NCBI GenBank assembly: GCA_030141605.1
Contig: JAQGDQ010000104.1
Span: 496,001 to 560,000 of the forward strand
Direction of reading: 5' to 3'
From: Tubiluchus corallicola
Lineage: Eukaryota; Animalia; Priapulida
DNA: 64,000 nt
Below the pieces are notes generated by a model that saw only the letters and a list, made by a program, of their open reading frames with translations, made no database searches and was not told where the DNA came from. The first letter of the stretch is position 1. Every line of letters begins with the position of its first letter. Shown here piece by piece: positions 27,660 through 39,200 of this stretch. Position numbers and translations under genes: made by a program.

Positions 27660-30600
27660 TGTTACTATTATTTTCTTTTTTATTAATTATATAGATTACA
27701 TATACATACAATTCCCATACACATGCAAGATAGCTAAGATAGATAGATAGACAAACACATAGAATGGACAGACAAAACAATATTTATTTATTATAAAAGT
27801 TTTTAATGTTTTTGCATAGTGCTTCTGTAGGTAAAGAACATTTAGTTATCTTAATTAGTTTGTTCTTACATATCATTAATTACTTTAACTGTTTAATTAT
27901 TAGAGATGCACAAAACTGCCCCAAAATGTATAACTGTATTCTTGACCATTATGCTCCAAAAAACAAACTAAATAAAAATGAAAAAACCTGCAAAAAAATC
28001 GTGTTCATAAGACACAGTTCAATAAAAATTAAGCTGAAGTTTAGAATGATTGCACCAAAACTGAATTTATGGAAAAAATGTGCAAGTTGAATGCAATAGA
28101 AATAATCACACAAACAAGGTATCAGCCGCATTTTATGTATAAAAGTGCATCATTTCTTAAATATCAATTTCTTCGCTGTCTCATCTCAATTAATATAAAA
28201 GCTTCTTTTTAAGCACGTATAAGCATCATATTTAACTGTTTGTAGTGGGATAGCAAATTTGTAAAACAACGTTGAAGAACAGAATGAAATAGTGTGAAGC
28301 AAAGAACAGGAAGGGCTTAGAGAGAATAGTAGTGGGATAAGACAGAACACTTCATTCTAGCCAGACAGGATAGAAAAGGATATGACACGGTTTTGTTTTC
28401 ACCGTAAATGCATAATTACATTAGGGCATTGGTTACAGCAGCATTTGGTCATCAAGTAATTCATTCACATGTCTTGACCATCGCATGACGTTACTGTGTA
28501 TTGAACCAGAGCACGAGATGAAATCCCTCTGTGGTCAGTGTCTTTGCTCAATTATTCTAAGTTCGGATTTTTATTTAAAAAGCGGAAGAGCAAAACAAGT
28601 CAGCATTACAGAAACAATGCGATATCCAAGGAAGATATTGCTGGGACCGTTGGTCTAGTCTATGATTTTCCAAAGTTTCACAAGCATAATTGAACATTAT
28701 GCAGTCAACCCTCGTTAAACCAGACTAATTGGGGGGGGGGTCCGTTTTAGCCGATTGTCTGATTTATCCGATATGCCTATATATGGCCTATATTATACAG
28801 GAATAATCACCTTAATAAGGCATATATACTGTGCACTATATACTATACTGTATATTACTTTAAAATAGTTAACCTGTGAGGATAAAGAAATTATTGTACA
28901 GTTGGTAGGCCGCGTTGTGTTTAGCGCTCCGGCTCGGACGGAAATCGGTCAGTTTCCTTTACCACAAATGACGTCCGTCTTATCTGATATCCGGGCTAAC
29001 GGGGTCCGGTTTAACGAGGGTCGACTGTGTTTTGGGGGGATGCAAATTTGACACCCGATTTCATTAGGAAGGAAAACATGAAATTTAATAAAAATAGTTA
29101 AATTTTAAGGTACAGCTAGCTCTTTTTTAAGGAAATTTGGCCGTTAGGAAAAGATGTTCTCATCCTAATTAATATTGAAGCTTCTTTTTAAATGCATACA
29201 GCATTGTAATTAACTGTTTGTAGTGGGTTAGTGTATTTGTAACACAGTATCATAGAACCGAACGAAACAGTGGGGAAAAAAGAACAGGAAGCACTTAAGT
29301 AGAACAGAACAGAATAGAAAAGAGTAGGATAAGACGGAACACCTTATCCTAACCAAAACAAGAGAGGATAAAAAAAGCTGTGTCATGACTTTATGTTCGT
29401 AATACAGTATATGCATAATCATGTCCAATGTCTTAATTATTGCAGTAACACTTGTAATAACAGAACATTGCTGTTTAAAGGACAAGAAAAGGGACACTTG
29501 AAGCAAGTTTCAGAAAATTCGTCTTAAAACATTATTTATGTAAGACTTATGTAACTAGAAAAAGAAATTTTTAATTATTTAAAATGTTTTCACCAATTGG
29601 TAAAATGTCGCTGGCTCACCCTCCAGGGTGCACCACTCAGTAACCAAAAACGTATTTTTAATCTTATTGACAAGGTACAGTAACCTAAAATTTTACTCAG
29701 TTAGTGATGTGTGTGCTACGAATGCTCTGATTATTTTTTCAAACTTTACAAAATGTTATCTAAACTTGTTTCAAATGACCTGTCGTGAAAATGGCTGCGT
29801 CTAATGGTCATCACGGGAGTTTAAATTTACATGTTTTATGCATCGTGACTGCCGATTGAAGTCTTACATGCAAAAAGTCAGTATGCGAGCGATATAAAAT
29901 TTCGAAACAAATTTTTTAAACTTTATGTTCATGAAGGGTTTTCTTGTGCTTCAAAACCATAAACTGTATAAAGGCTAAACAGTTTAAGTTTTGCACTAAT
30001 ATATTTCTAAAAAGTTCATGAAACTAGCGTGTTACTGTAGAGGACAGAATAACGGGTAAATAAGCGTGCAAGTAATGATCAAACCAACCTGAAGCTGATG
30101 GTCCAGATTTGAAAGAATGTACGGTTTTATTGAGACGGTGACCAACTTTTGACGACAAGTAGATGGCATAAGACCCAGATGGTATCGGCAAGAGTGGTTC
30201 CACGGTGTCACAGTAGGTGGCATTGCAGACGCATACGGCGGATCCGTAGCCGAAGTCGGCTTTGATGCATGGTAAGGCTTTCTGCGTACCTGAAACTACT
30301 ATAGAACTACTTTACAGCTTACTTAATGGTAATCACCTGCATTCTTTTTCCACAGAGAGGATAGCGGTCGACAGCTATTAATTCATAAGAATTTAGCTCT
30401 CGCGTTTTTCTGGTCTACAGTTTTGGTTTCTGTATATTTAGCACCTTCTGAAGAAAAAAGACCTAGTTTTCAGAATAGAGGATAGAGTTCAGAAAAGTGG
30501 CAGTCACAACAAGCAGTAGTTTCTTCTTAAAAGCTCATTTACATTAGAGAAATATGCTATATGTCAGACAGCTGAGCCCCAGGGGTTCGGTGAGTCAGTT

Positions 30601-31056
30601 TCAGGGGTTTGGCAGAGGTGTGTGTCTGTGTCCATTCAGTTCACCAGGGTTGCCAGGTGCATTAATGTACGTTTGGCATTCACACAATACTTTTATGGCA
30701 TTTTCGATGTTTCACCATAAGAAACTGAAGGATATTGACGAATATTTATGGCAAATTCTAAAATCTGTTGCATAATTTATGTCAAAACACTTCATTGTTA
30801 TGCAGTTGTATTTTTCCAACTATGAAGGGTTCTGTGAAAGCACGTATGAAACTTGTGGGATTCAGTATCTCCAACAAGGTTAAGAACCACTAGTTTAGGC
30901 AATTAACACCTCAATACAAAAATTAGACCTACGTAGGAATGACATGCCATTAGAATAGAATGCTTCCTTACCTGTGGCTGAGCTAAAATAGGCAGCAACG
31001 ATGACAGCAACGAGATTCGCAACGGTGACGGCAACTACAGCTTGTACGACAAACAT
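15664..31056 (-). CDS. GBA1: Lysosomal acid glucosylceramidase (glycoside hydrolase family 30), complete, 10 coding exons
   Basis: Exons 30972-31056 (signal peptide), 30089-30289 (CVCNATYCD), 27412-27564 (GFGGAFTDA), 23628-23761, 22201-22373 ([13 protein letters not shown]), 21332-21569 (QNEP acid/base Glu), 19607-19828 (VHWY, TEAC nucleophile Glu), 17340-17503 ([14 protein letters not shown]), 16596-16712, 15664-15772 (TAA). Confidence 0.97.
17047..17097 (-). mobile_element. 5S rRNA-derived fragment (SINE3-like or pseudogene); related copies ~16075-16125, 16379-16436, 16980-17030, 22470-22520(+)
   Basis: Minus strand aagttgagcagtgtcgatccttgttagaaagtggataggtgact aligns without gaps to the 5S internal control region AAGCTAAGCAGGGTCGGGCCTGGTTAGTACTTGGATGGGAGACC. 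Confidence 0.55.
17745..18105 (-). mobile_element. ~350-bp MITE family, copy 1 (TIR ggtcaaaggttaagtg)
   Basis: Reverse complement of the copies at 20931-21285 and 45055-45400; near-terminal inverted repeats gatcaaaggttaagtg / cacttaaccattgacc. Confidence 0.75.
18540..19130 (-). mobile_element. Degenerate L2/CR1-group LINE 3' fragment
   Basis: Minus strand reads FKGPKA*NEI, a decayed GPKxWNxI-type ORF2 end, followed by a 3' UTR with aataaa and a short repeat tail. Confidence 0.45.
20931..21285 (+). mobile_element. ~350-bp MITE family, copy 2
   Basis: ggtcaaaagttaagtg ... cacttaacctttcacc; colinear with 45055-45400 and inverted relative to 17745-18105. Confidence 0.75.
21716..21865 (+). mobile_element. 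tRNA-derived SINE
   Basis: A box tagctcaatgg and B box ggttcgactc at tRNA spacing, followed by a gtcataccagagact body; no complete cloverleaf. Confidence 0.7.
23950..24515 (-). mobile_element. 5'-truncated non-LTR retrotransposon (RT C-terminal region, RTEX-like)
   Basis: ORF 24068-24508 [47 protein letters not shown] is typical of the post-RT region of LINEs, followed by a 3' UTR and an aataaa/simple tail. Confidence 0.75.
25450..25990. repeat. Dispersed repeat family (copies at ~29540-29960 direct, ~51240-51480 inverted)
   Basis: Shared gacttatgtaactagaaaa..ttttaatcttattgacaa..aatgttatctaaacttgtttcaaa..aaaatggctgcg..taatggtcatc..gggagtttaaattt. Confidence 0.75.
26330..27060. repeat. 56-bp minisatellite, ~13 near-identical copies
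   Basis: Unit aaaagtcaaaaagtatttaggttacgttacctttcttatattacaaaagttatacc, in a GBA intron. Confidence 0.95.
27609..27670. repeat. (TTA)n microsatellite
   Basis: Seen directly. Confidence 0.9.
28702..29027. mobile_element. Complete pogo/Tigger-like MITE
   Basis: TIRs cagtcaaccctcgttaaacc ... ggtttaacgagggtcgactg match at 19/20; flanked by TG on both sides. Confidence 0.85.
30575..30894. mobile_element. Charlie-like hAT non-autonomous element
   Basis: ccccaggggttcggtgagtcagtttcaggggttt.. at the left and ..ccaacaaggttaagaaccactag at the right (CAGTGGTTCTTAACC-type TIR). Confidence 0.65.
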
Positions 31057-32676
31057 TGTTTCCAGCTCTCAAAGAACATGCAGTTTGACCTTTAAACAAG
31101 AAACAATCATAACCTAAATTAAAATGCATAAAAATAGTTGAAATGTGGATCTTTAATGACATAGTAGCCAGTTAACAGTCAGACTAGCTGTACTGTACTT
31201 GAAAAACAAAGCCAAAAACCAAATTAGAAAAGTAAATAATGCTTGCCAGCAATTCCATTTATATAACTTGGTGGAAAATAAACACGTAAACAAACAAACT
31301 ACATGCATAAATCACAAAAAAACATTATTCACAGTCAAGTAAGTAAGTAAGTAATTTTTTATTTTTCTCCGTAACTTTACATTAATTTAGCAATAAAATA
31401 TACAAAAATACAAATGAACATGGGAGAAAGGGTGGCGAAAAACCAAAAGTTAGCGAGTCAACCACCCTTCTCAGAAAGGCAAGTAAACAAAAAGACGCTA
31501 ATGACAGCAGAACACGACATTAAGAAAAACATAAACGTCCATAAATACAAAAAATAAAAATACAACAACAGCAAAAAAAGAACAAAAACCAGTCGTTCCT
31601 AAATATAGTCAAATAGTAAACATAATTTTATATGGTCCAAAACACAAAAGAGAATAGAGAATATTTTAATGTTCAGAAAAACAACATTTGCAAGATAAAG
31701 TTTAACTTTAATCGTAGTTATCAGATATGCATAGGTGCCAAGTACAAAGATAAAGTAATTGCAGTACAGTAAAAATCACAAATACATGTTTTTTACATTA
31801 ATTCCACAATTGAGGAGAAAAGACTTTATTACAAACAAATTTGCAGAATCATCAGTATATTACCAAACAAACAAGCTTATCAAGTCCTGTTTGTATCACA
31901 CACACGCAGTTTATTAATACTTAGTACAGCACAGAGTATAAAATGTAATTACCTTTAATGTTCCTAAATCCACACACACTGTCACATTTTAGAAGATAGG
32001 ATCAGTTATAAACCCAACAGTGTCAGCAGGGAATATCAACTACCTCAACTGCTTAAACCAACAGCAAAGTTTTTAGCAAAAAACAGCTAAATATTCAACA
32101 GTTCTAGAGACTCCACAATGCCTCAATAGTTTATTTCTCACAACAAACTTTGAACCATTTGGTGGCAAGTTTGTTATCATGTGCTCACCTGATGAGCTTG
32201 CTGTATGAAAGATCAGGTGATACAAAACAAACAAAACAGCAGAAACTACTTTGTCATACAGTAAACAGTAAAAACAAGAATTTATTAAAGCCAACGAACA
32301 ATTGAAACTATAAAAAGCTTTAAATTAGACTAAAAACAATAATAGAAATACAATATGATCGAATGTATGTCCAAAAATTTAAAAATACTTGTATAATTTT
32401 TCTGTACTACATGGCACTCTGTAACCTTACTACATGGAGCTTACTATCTATGCAGAATGATTGTGGCTAGACTGGAATCTGGCTCACTACCAAGAGCTAT
32501 CCTTTAAGATGAGGCACTGAACCAAAGGGGGTATCACAGCCGTGTAAGTTATGGATTATCGCCTGCAGTTCAACAAACGGTATACGAAAAGAACTCTGAA
32601 AACTCCACCAGGTATAGTGTTGCTTCATCATCATCATCATTATTATTATTATTACTAATATCATTATTTATTATCA

Positions 32677-32707
<31 letters not shown>

Positions 32708-33205
32708 TATTTAATTTAGAAACAAATGTATACAAGTAAATGTCCCTCAATTGCTTCCAAAGGCTGACATTCTGTGATCAAAATGTTATCAAGAAAATCT
32801 AAAAGCAAGTAATTCAATCACGAAAATCCATAAACCAGGCAAAATTAAGTGTCACAACAGTAATTAAATGAATTAATAATTACAATGAAAGTTCGCTTTA
32901 AAAAATTACTATACTTTTTCACAAGGCTTTTTCAATATTGTTTCAATACTTTTAACACAGTTTTTATACCGCTTTGGACAATTATAACCAAAGTTTATAT
33001 ATACATAAGCAAAGTTAAAAAATATGTATATAGTGGCTTAAAGTACACGTAGTGACGCCTACTGGACTACTGGACGCCTACTGGAGCAAAGATGGTGAAC
33101 AAAAGGACCAAAGGAAAATACTGGTCAAATCGCTACAATTTAAATATAAAAGCAATGTACTCCAAGTACATAAACTCCAGCAATGGTAACAATTCACAGT
33201 TTCCA

Positions 33206-36200
33206 CTACGAGTAAGAGAAGTTGATATTACGTCTCAGTGGTCTTCTGTCGCTGTTGCCGGACTTAAAGTCACTTCCAGATCTCATTTCGTTCATCAGCC
33301 TCCTGACGTCTGCTATCTCACGCCGTGTACCCATTACGAGTTTGCTAAAAACATAAGAAAAGAAGTGTTAATGTTCAGTGTTAGTGTTAGTTTTAGAGTT
33401 AATAACAATTCAACGAATCTAAACTCAGTGAATAAAAAAACATGAATTTACTTAATATTCCGAAGCTCTTCAATGAGTTTGTTAATTGAAGGCGTTTCGT
33501 CTCTAGCCAAAGAAAATGCCGGCACTGCACTAGGCACAGAGTCGTCTTTAAATTTAGAAAGTCTGTCTACTTCCGCCATCTTTACAGGCAGAGGCTCCCA
33601 GATAGTATCAATGGCTTCGCACAGCTGAGAGTCTGAAACATCATTAAATCTGGCTTCCTCGTCGTTTATATCTGAAAAGCACGAAGATAATTAGCACCTA
33701 AACAGCCTTGTCTGAGTCAACCAATTTAACCAAAAATTGTGCAATTTTTGAATGATACCTCCAGTGATATACCTCAAGGAAACCATATAAACGAGAACAA
33801 AATTAAAATAATGGGCAGCACACACTTAAGCAAAGACATGGCTTTTATTCAGATGCAATATCTGCAACGTTTCGACACAGTTAAGGTCGTGTTCACGCAA
33901 CAATCCATTATGGCTGTTATTTTTATTTTAAGAATTTGTTTTCCCCATCATCAATCAGTTTTTCATAAAAACAAAATTCTAGATTGGGCGAAATTTTCAC
34001 TTATCATCCTTTGTTTTTCATTCAGTTGCTTAAACAACTCTGCATACGTCATTCAGAACGAAGAGGCACAACAGCAAAATTGCATCAAAGTTTATTACAT
34101 GTACAACTATTCATCCATGACGGCCTGTCTGGTATTTAACTTAAGCTGTTGATCTTCAACAAGTGAGAAAAATGATTTTCTGCATAACTTTTGAAATCAA
34201 TAATCCTAGAATGGATTAATGGCTGATAGCAGCGGGTGATAAAACAACCTGATGGACTGAAGAGCTAGATTAGCCAACCCCAGCCTCGATGCCATTCTGC
34301 TGTTCTGGTGAAAACATGTAAATTGTTAAATGTTCTTTCGCATGTAAGCAGACCCTCAGGCTTCATATTGCAGGTGTTTCAAAATTGCATTAAAACATAT
34401 CAGTGCATGTCTCATTAGAAATATTTTAAAAAGTTTATTTACCGCTGTCTATATTTTCAGCAATGATGTTCACATCACCTGTCACTCCAATTGAGAGTTC
34501 CTTACCAACATCATCTTCCAGTAGCTCGTGCTTCAACGGAGAAGTGCACTGCCTACAATCTACCACTTCTAGAGGAAACCCAGATGATTTACTTAATTGG
34601 TTTATGGAGACAACATCATCTTCCAGTAACTCGTGCTTCACTGGAGAAGTGCACTGCCTACAATCTACCACTTCTAGAGGAAACACAGATGATTTACTTA
34701 ATTGGTTTATGGAGACAACATTATCTTCCAGCAGCTCGTGCTTCACTGGAGAAGTGCACTGCCTACAATCTACCACTTCTAGAGGAAACCCAGATGATTT
34801 ACTTAATTGGTTTATGGAGACAGTGTCGTTGACATCTCTGCCATCTCTAACTTCTGGAAGTAATGTTGGCAATACACATGCAGCTTCAGGCTGAGATGCT
34901 ACTTGTTCAACATCTGGGTGGCTAATCATCATTGAAACCTGATCATTGAATTTTGCCTCAGTGCTTATGAATGGTACGGATGAATATTGCCCTAAATGGT
35001 CAGTAAGCTGATGGCATACTTCAATATTCTGTGGGGTTACATCCATCATTGGTGACTCCTGCTTTTTAATATCAACCTCCATTTCCATTTCTTCCACACC
35101 AACAATTTGCTGCATTTGAACGTCTGAATGGAGACACTTGATTATGGACAATGATTCAAGATCCATGTCAGAAACGTCTTGCAAAGTTTTCGTTGGTGTG
35201 GCTTCTGCATGAATTTGTGCGACAGTGACAATTGTGTGTGGTTCTGCTTGCACATCAGAAATTGCTGACTGTTGTGCCGCATTAGGATAGAATGGGGGCA
35301 TCAGTTTATCAGGTGTGTTTGGCGGGGTCGGCCCACCTGATGTAGGACTGTTAAGTGGCGCATCGCCCAGTGAGACCACATGGTCCTCAGTGAGTTGATA
35401 GTCCATATCAGTGGCATCTGGTGACCGAACTTGGTCAATCAAGGGCATATTAGCATCTGCATGATATCCCAGATGGATTTGTGAGTAACTCACGGGTGAA
35501 TTTGCATACGGCACACTGTGTATTGTTGTATCAGTATGTTGTGATTTAACTGCAAGGACAGAAGATTGTGGGAGTAGCTCTGTGATATCTTCTTGAGCAT
35601 TTGCTGCATTGATATGTACTTGATCACCACCATCTTGCTCATCCATTTTGACAATTTCTTTTCGTGGAAAACACGCTACACTGGCGATACAGTCTCGCTC
35701 AGAATTGTGGTCATTCAGGTGACTGACTTCTAACGGACACTGTGTAGAGTTCACGGCTGCTTCTTTGCCAGTGTATGGTAATTTAAAATTTTCGATGTTC
35801 TGGGACATTTGTTGTTTGCTGGGTTCTCTATTGCTACAGACTAACCCATTCTGCGTTACCTGACTACATGTTACCAGCGCCTGCATGTTAACTTGAGCTG
35901 CCAAATGCTGTTTGTAATTATTATCCAATAAGTGTTCGATGTTACTTATGTTTTGAGATATATCAACAGTTTTCAATTGTAAACATTGTTCATTATGCTC
36001 TTCTTTGCCATTGAGTGAACCATTCTGTGCATTAACTGTATCGATAACATGTGCATCTATGTTATCGGGAATTCCTGAAAGCCGCTTATTATTGTTGTCA
36101 AATTTTTGTGTTTGTATTGGACCACAGACATTCTGAGAAGGAACAGTGCCCACAGATTGACAGATTTGAGACTGCAACAAAGAGTCAAACAACACTTTAT

Positions 36201-39200
36201 CACTTGGTCCCTGACTGGAAACATTTCCTGTTAATGACTTGTTGCCAGACACATTATCATTATCAATGTTTGTGGTTTCTGTGAGTGAGACGTTTGGCAA
36301 TGTGGTGACAATGTATTCCTCAGCATTAATATCAGTATTACTAACATTTTTGTCTTGGTAATACGTTTCGCAACCTCGTGGATTTCCGAGACGCTGTGAT
36401 TCGTTTCCGCTACCTGGTGTGATATCCGGTTGAGGAGGGTCACTAATCATTTCATCATTGGAAAGGGGTGAATACGAAGGGGTGGAGCCCATAGAGTGTA
36501 AATCACTATTTTCTGCCACGTCAGCATAAGCACAAGGTGAAACAAAAGCACCACCCACTTTTTGAGAAGATGGTGAGTTTGGTAACACAAAGCATGGTGT
36601 ATGAACAGCACTGGTGTCATTTGGTTTTTCTCGAAGATTGGAAGAACTTGCATTTATCAAATTAGCACCTTCTTCTAAAGTGCAAGCCTTGGATGCAATA
36701 TCTGTCAAGACTGCAGCACAACTCCTATCAATTTCCAATGTGAACAATTCATGTTCTTCCAAAGTCTGCTTCTGGTGCTTGTTGGCAGAACATTCGCTTT
36801 CAATGGTAATTTCTCTACGGTCATGCACCTCTTCAGCGATTTCACTTGGTTCACTTGAGATCTTTTCAACCACTGAATTGCTTGCATGTCCACTTCCCAG
36901 AATTTCGACTTTCTTTACTTTTTGATCAGTCTTATGATCATCATGTTCAGTTGCTTTCTTTCTTTTTCCAAAAGTAGGCAAAAACTTTCCAGTAACCTGC
37001 AACACCAATTTTAAAAACATAAACAATGTTAACACTTGCAACAGTCACACTGCAGTTCCTGTGCTATCAATTTGATTTTGCCATAGAATCTCGCAAGGAG
37101 TACTCCTGTTAAACCTAGCAGCTTGAGACAACACATTGTTACAGGCATACTGAAAAGCTGCTAAAATTTAATGATGTTGACTAATGTTGCTTTACGATAT
37201 TATGTAAATGAGATAAATACAACAAATACAATGATGAGCTTATGGAACAGATGACCATTAAGATGAAAACAGTTAATCAGAGAACAGTTAGTTAGCTCTT
37301 CTTGTAAATAATAATCTTTGCTGAATTGCAAGCATAGCAATTTGCACACACCTGTATTTAAAAGCCAAATTTTCATACCTGTGAGCAAGGCAGCTGAATC
37401 ACAGGTTGTTCTTTGTCTTCGATTTTGGATGATTCACTAAAAATACTTGAAAATTTGAGTAAATTAGGTAAAACGGTGATTCTAGAAACTTATTATAAAT
37501 CTAATTCTATTAGGATTGGAAATCACATAAACAAGTTGAACTAATATGATGTGACAACATGCCTATTTCAAGTCGTTTTAGAAGTCTCCTACATTTCAGG
37601 TGTAAGTCATCACTCACTCTACCTCCAGAATAACCACTCCCTCTGCCTCCAGAATCACCACTCACTCTACTTCTAGAATCACCCTCCCTCTACTTGCAGA
37701 ATCACTCTACTCCAGAACTACCACTCATACTACCTCCAGGATCACCACTCACTCTACTCCAGGAACTACCATTCATACTACCTCCAGAATGACTACTTCC
37801 TCTACTCCAGAACTACCACTCACTCTATGCCAGAATTACCACTCACCTTACATCCAGGATCACCACTCATTCTACCTCCAAAATACCTCCAGGATGACCA
37901 CTCACTCTATGCCAGAATTACCACTCACCTTACGTCCAGGATCGCCACTCACTCTACCTCTAGAATACCTCCAGAATCACCACTCACGCTATGCCAGAAT
38001 TACCACTCACCTTACGTCCAGGATCACCACTCACTCTACCTCCAGAATCACCACCCACACTACCTCTAGAATCACTGTGACAAAAATGTCACTCACGATA
38101 TTTTAAAATGGTGAAAATTCATCATACGGTGCAGACTTTGCAGTTTTGTCACCACTCCATAAATATTTTACAAAATCACAAGATAATAATCTAACTGCAA
38201 CAAAAGTTCCGTCATGTTTAAAACTTGTACCAGTTATGATACATGTATGTATGTACCAGGCATATATTTATTAGGCTGGTTCATATATACCTCTTGTCAT
38301 TTACACTACAATTTTTTAACTTCTTCTGGAGTTTCCTTTCTTCACTTCCTTCTAGTTTTGATCCATCATGATTTGAAGGTATTGGCTCTTTGCGTTTTTT
38401 CCCGCCTGATATAAAAAAACAACACGTAACAAAACAGTGACTGCCTCCTTTTTCCCAAAATTGATCAACTCGCAAGGTTTTTCGTCATTGTCAAGAACGA
38501 ACCAAAAACTAAAGGTAATTGCAGCCAGCATATTACTGAGCACTGAATTCAGCTATTGTAGGATACGATACATGCATAATTACAAAAAAAGATTATGATA
38601 ATAAAAGGACAATAAAGATTAATCATAATTATTACAAACAAATAATAATTATTTAAGATGATAATGAATGCACGTCTGCTCAATGGTCTGCTTGAGCAGC
38701 AGAATGATGATGCCATTTCATCGGTTTTTAATCATTTATTACTTCATAAATCTTGCTATTATTGGGAGGGATTTCTAATGGTAATATATATGCTATGGCA
38801 TGAAAAGTCAGTAGATTCTATTACGAAATTTTGATGAGTAGATTTACATTAATACACGTTTTGTTGTGAACATTTATCAAGTTCATTTCTTTGATGATGC
38901 CCAGTGCACAGCAAAGAAAAATTTACTATAAAATATTGATTAATAGTGTAATGACGGCAAAATGCCATTTGTTTCCACCTCCACCCCTGCATGGTTCAGT
39001 CCATTCCAAAGCCATTGCATACCGGTATCTTATAAATACCATGAGATGTCATGGTTTTGGCGGTCCATAGTGTTTTACCATCTCAGCAGTCGCCACTTGT
39101 TCCACTAGCATGGAGGACACAAGGAGAGCAACCTGACAGTTATCAAATAAATTTTGCTGTTCTACACGCGTTTACATAACAATTTTCTGTCTAATGAAAT

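Noticed and set aside
34463-34894. Plus-strand ORFs of 143 and 113 aa
   Set aside because: Antisense shadows of the 105-bp coding repeat in the BRME1-like exon.
37789-38106. ORFs of 105 and 80 aa
   Set aside because: Products of the ~21-24-bp intronic minisatellite.
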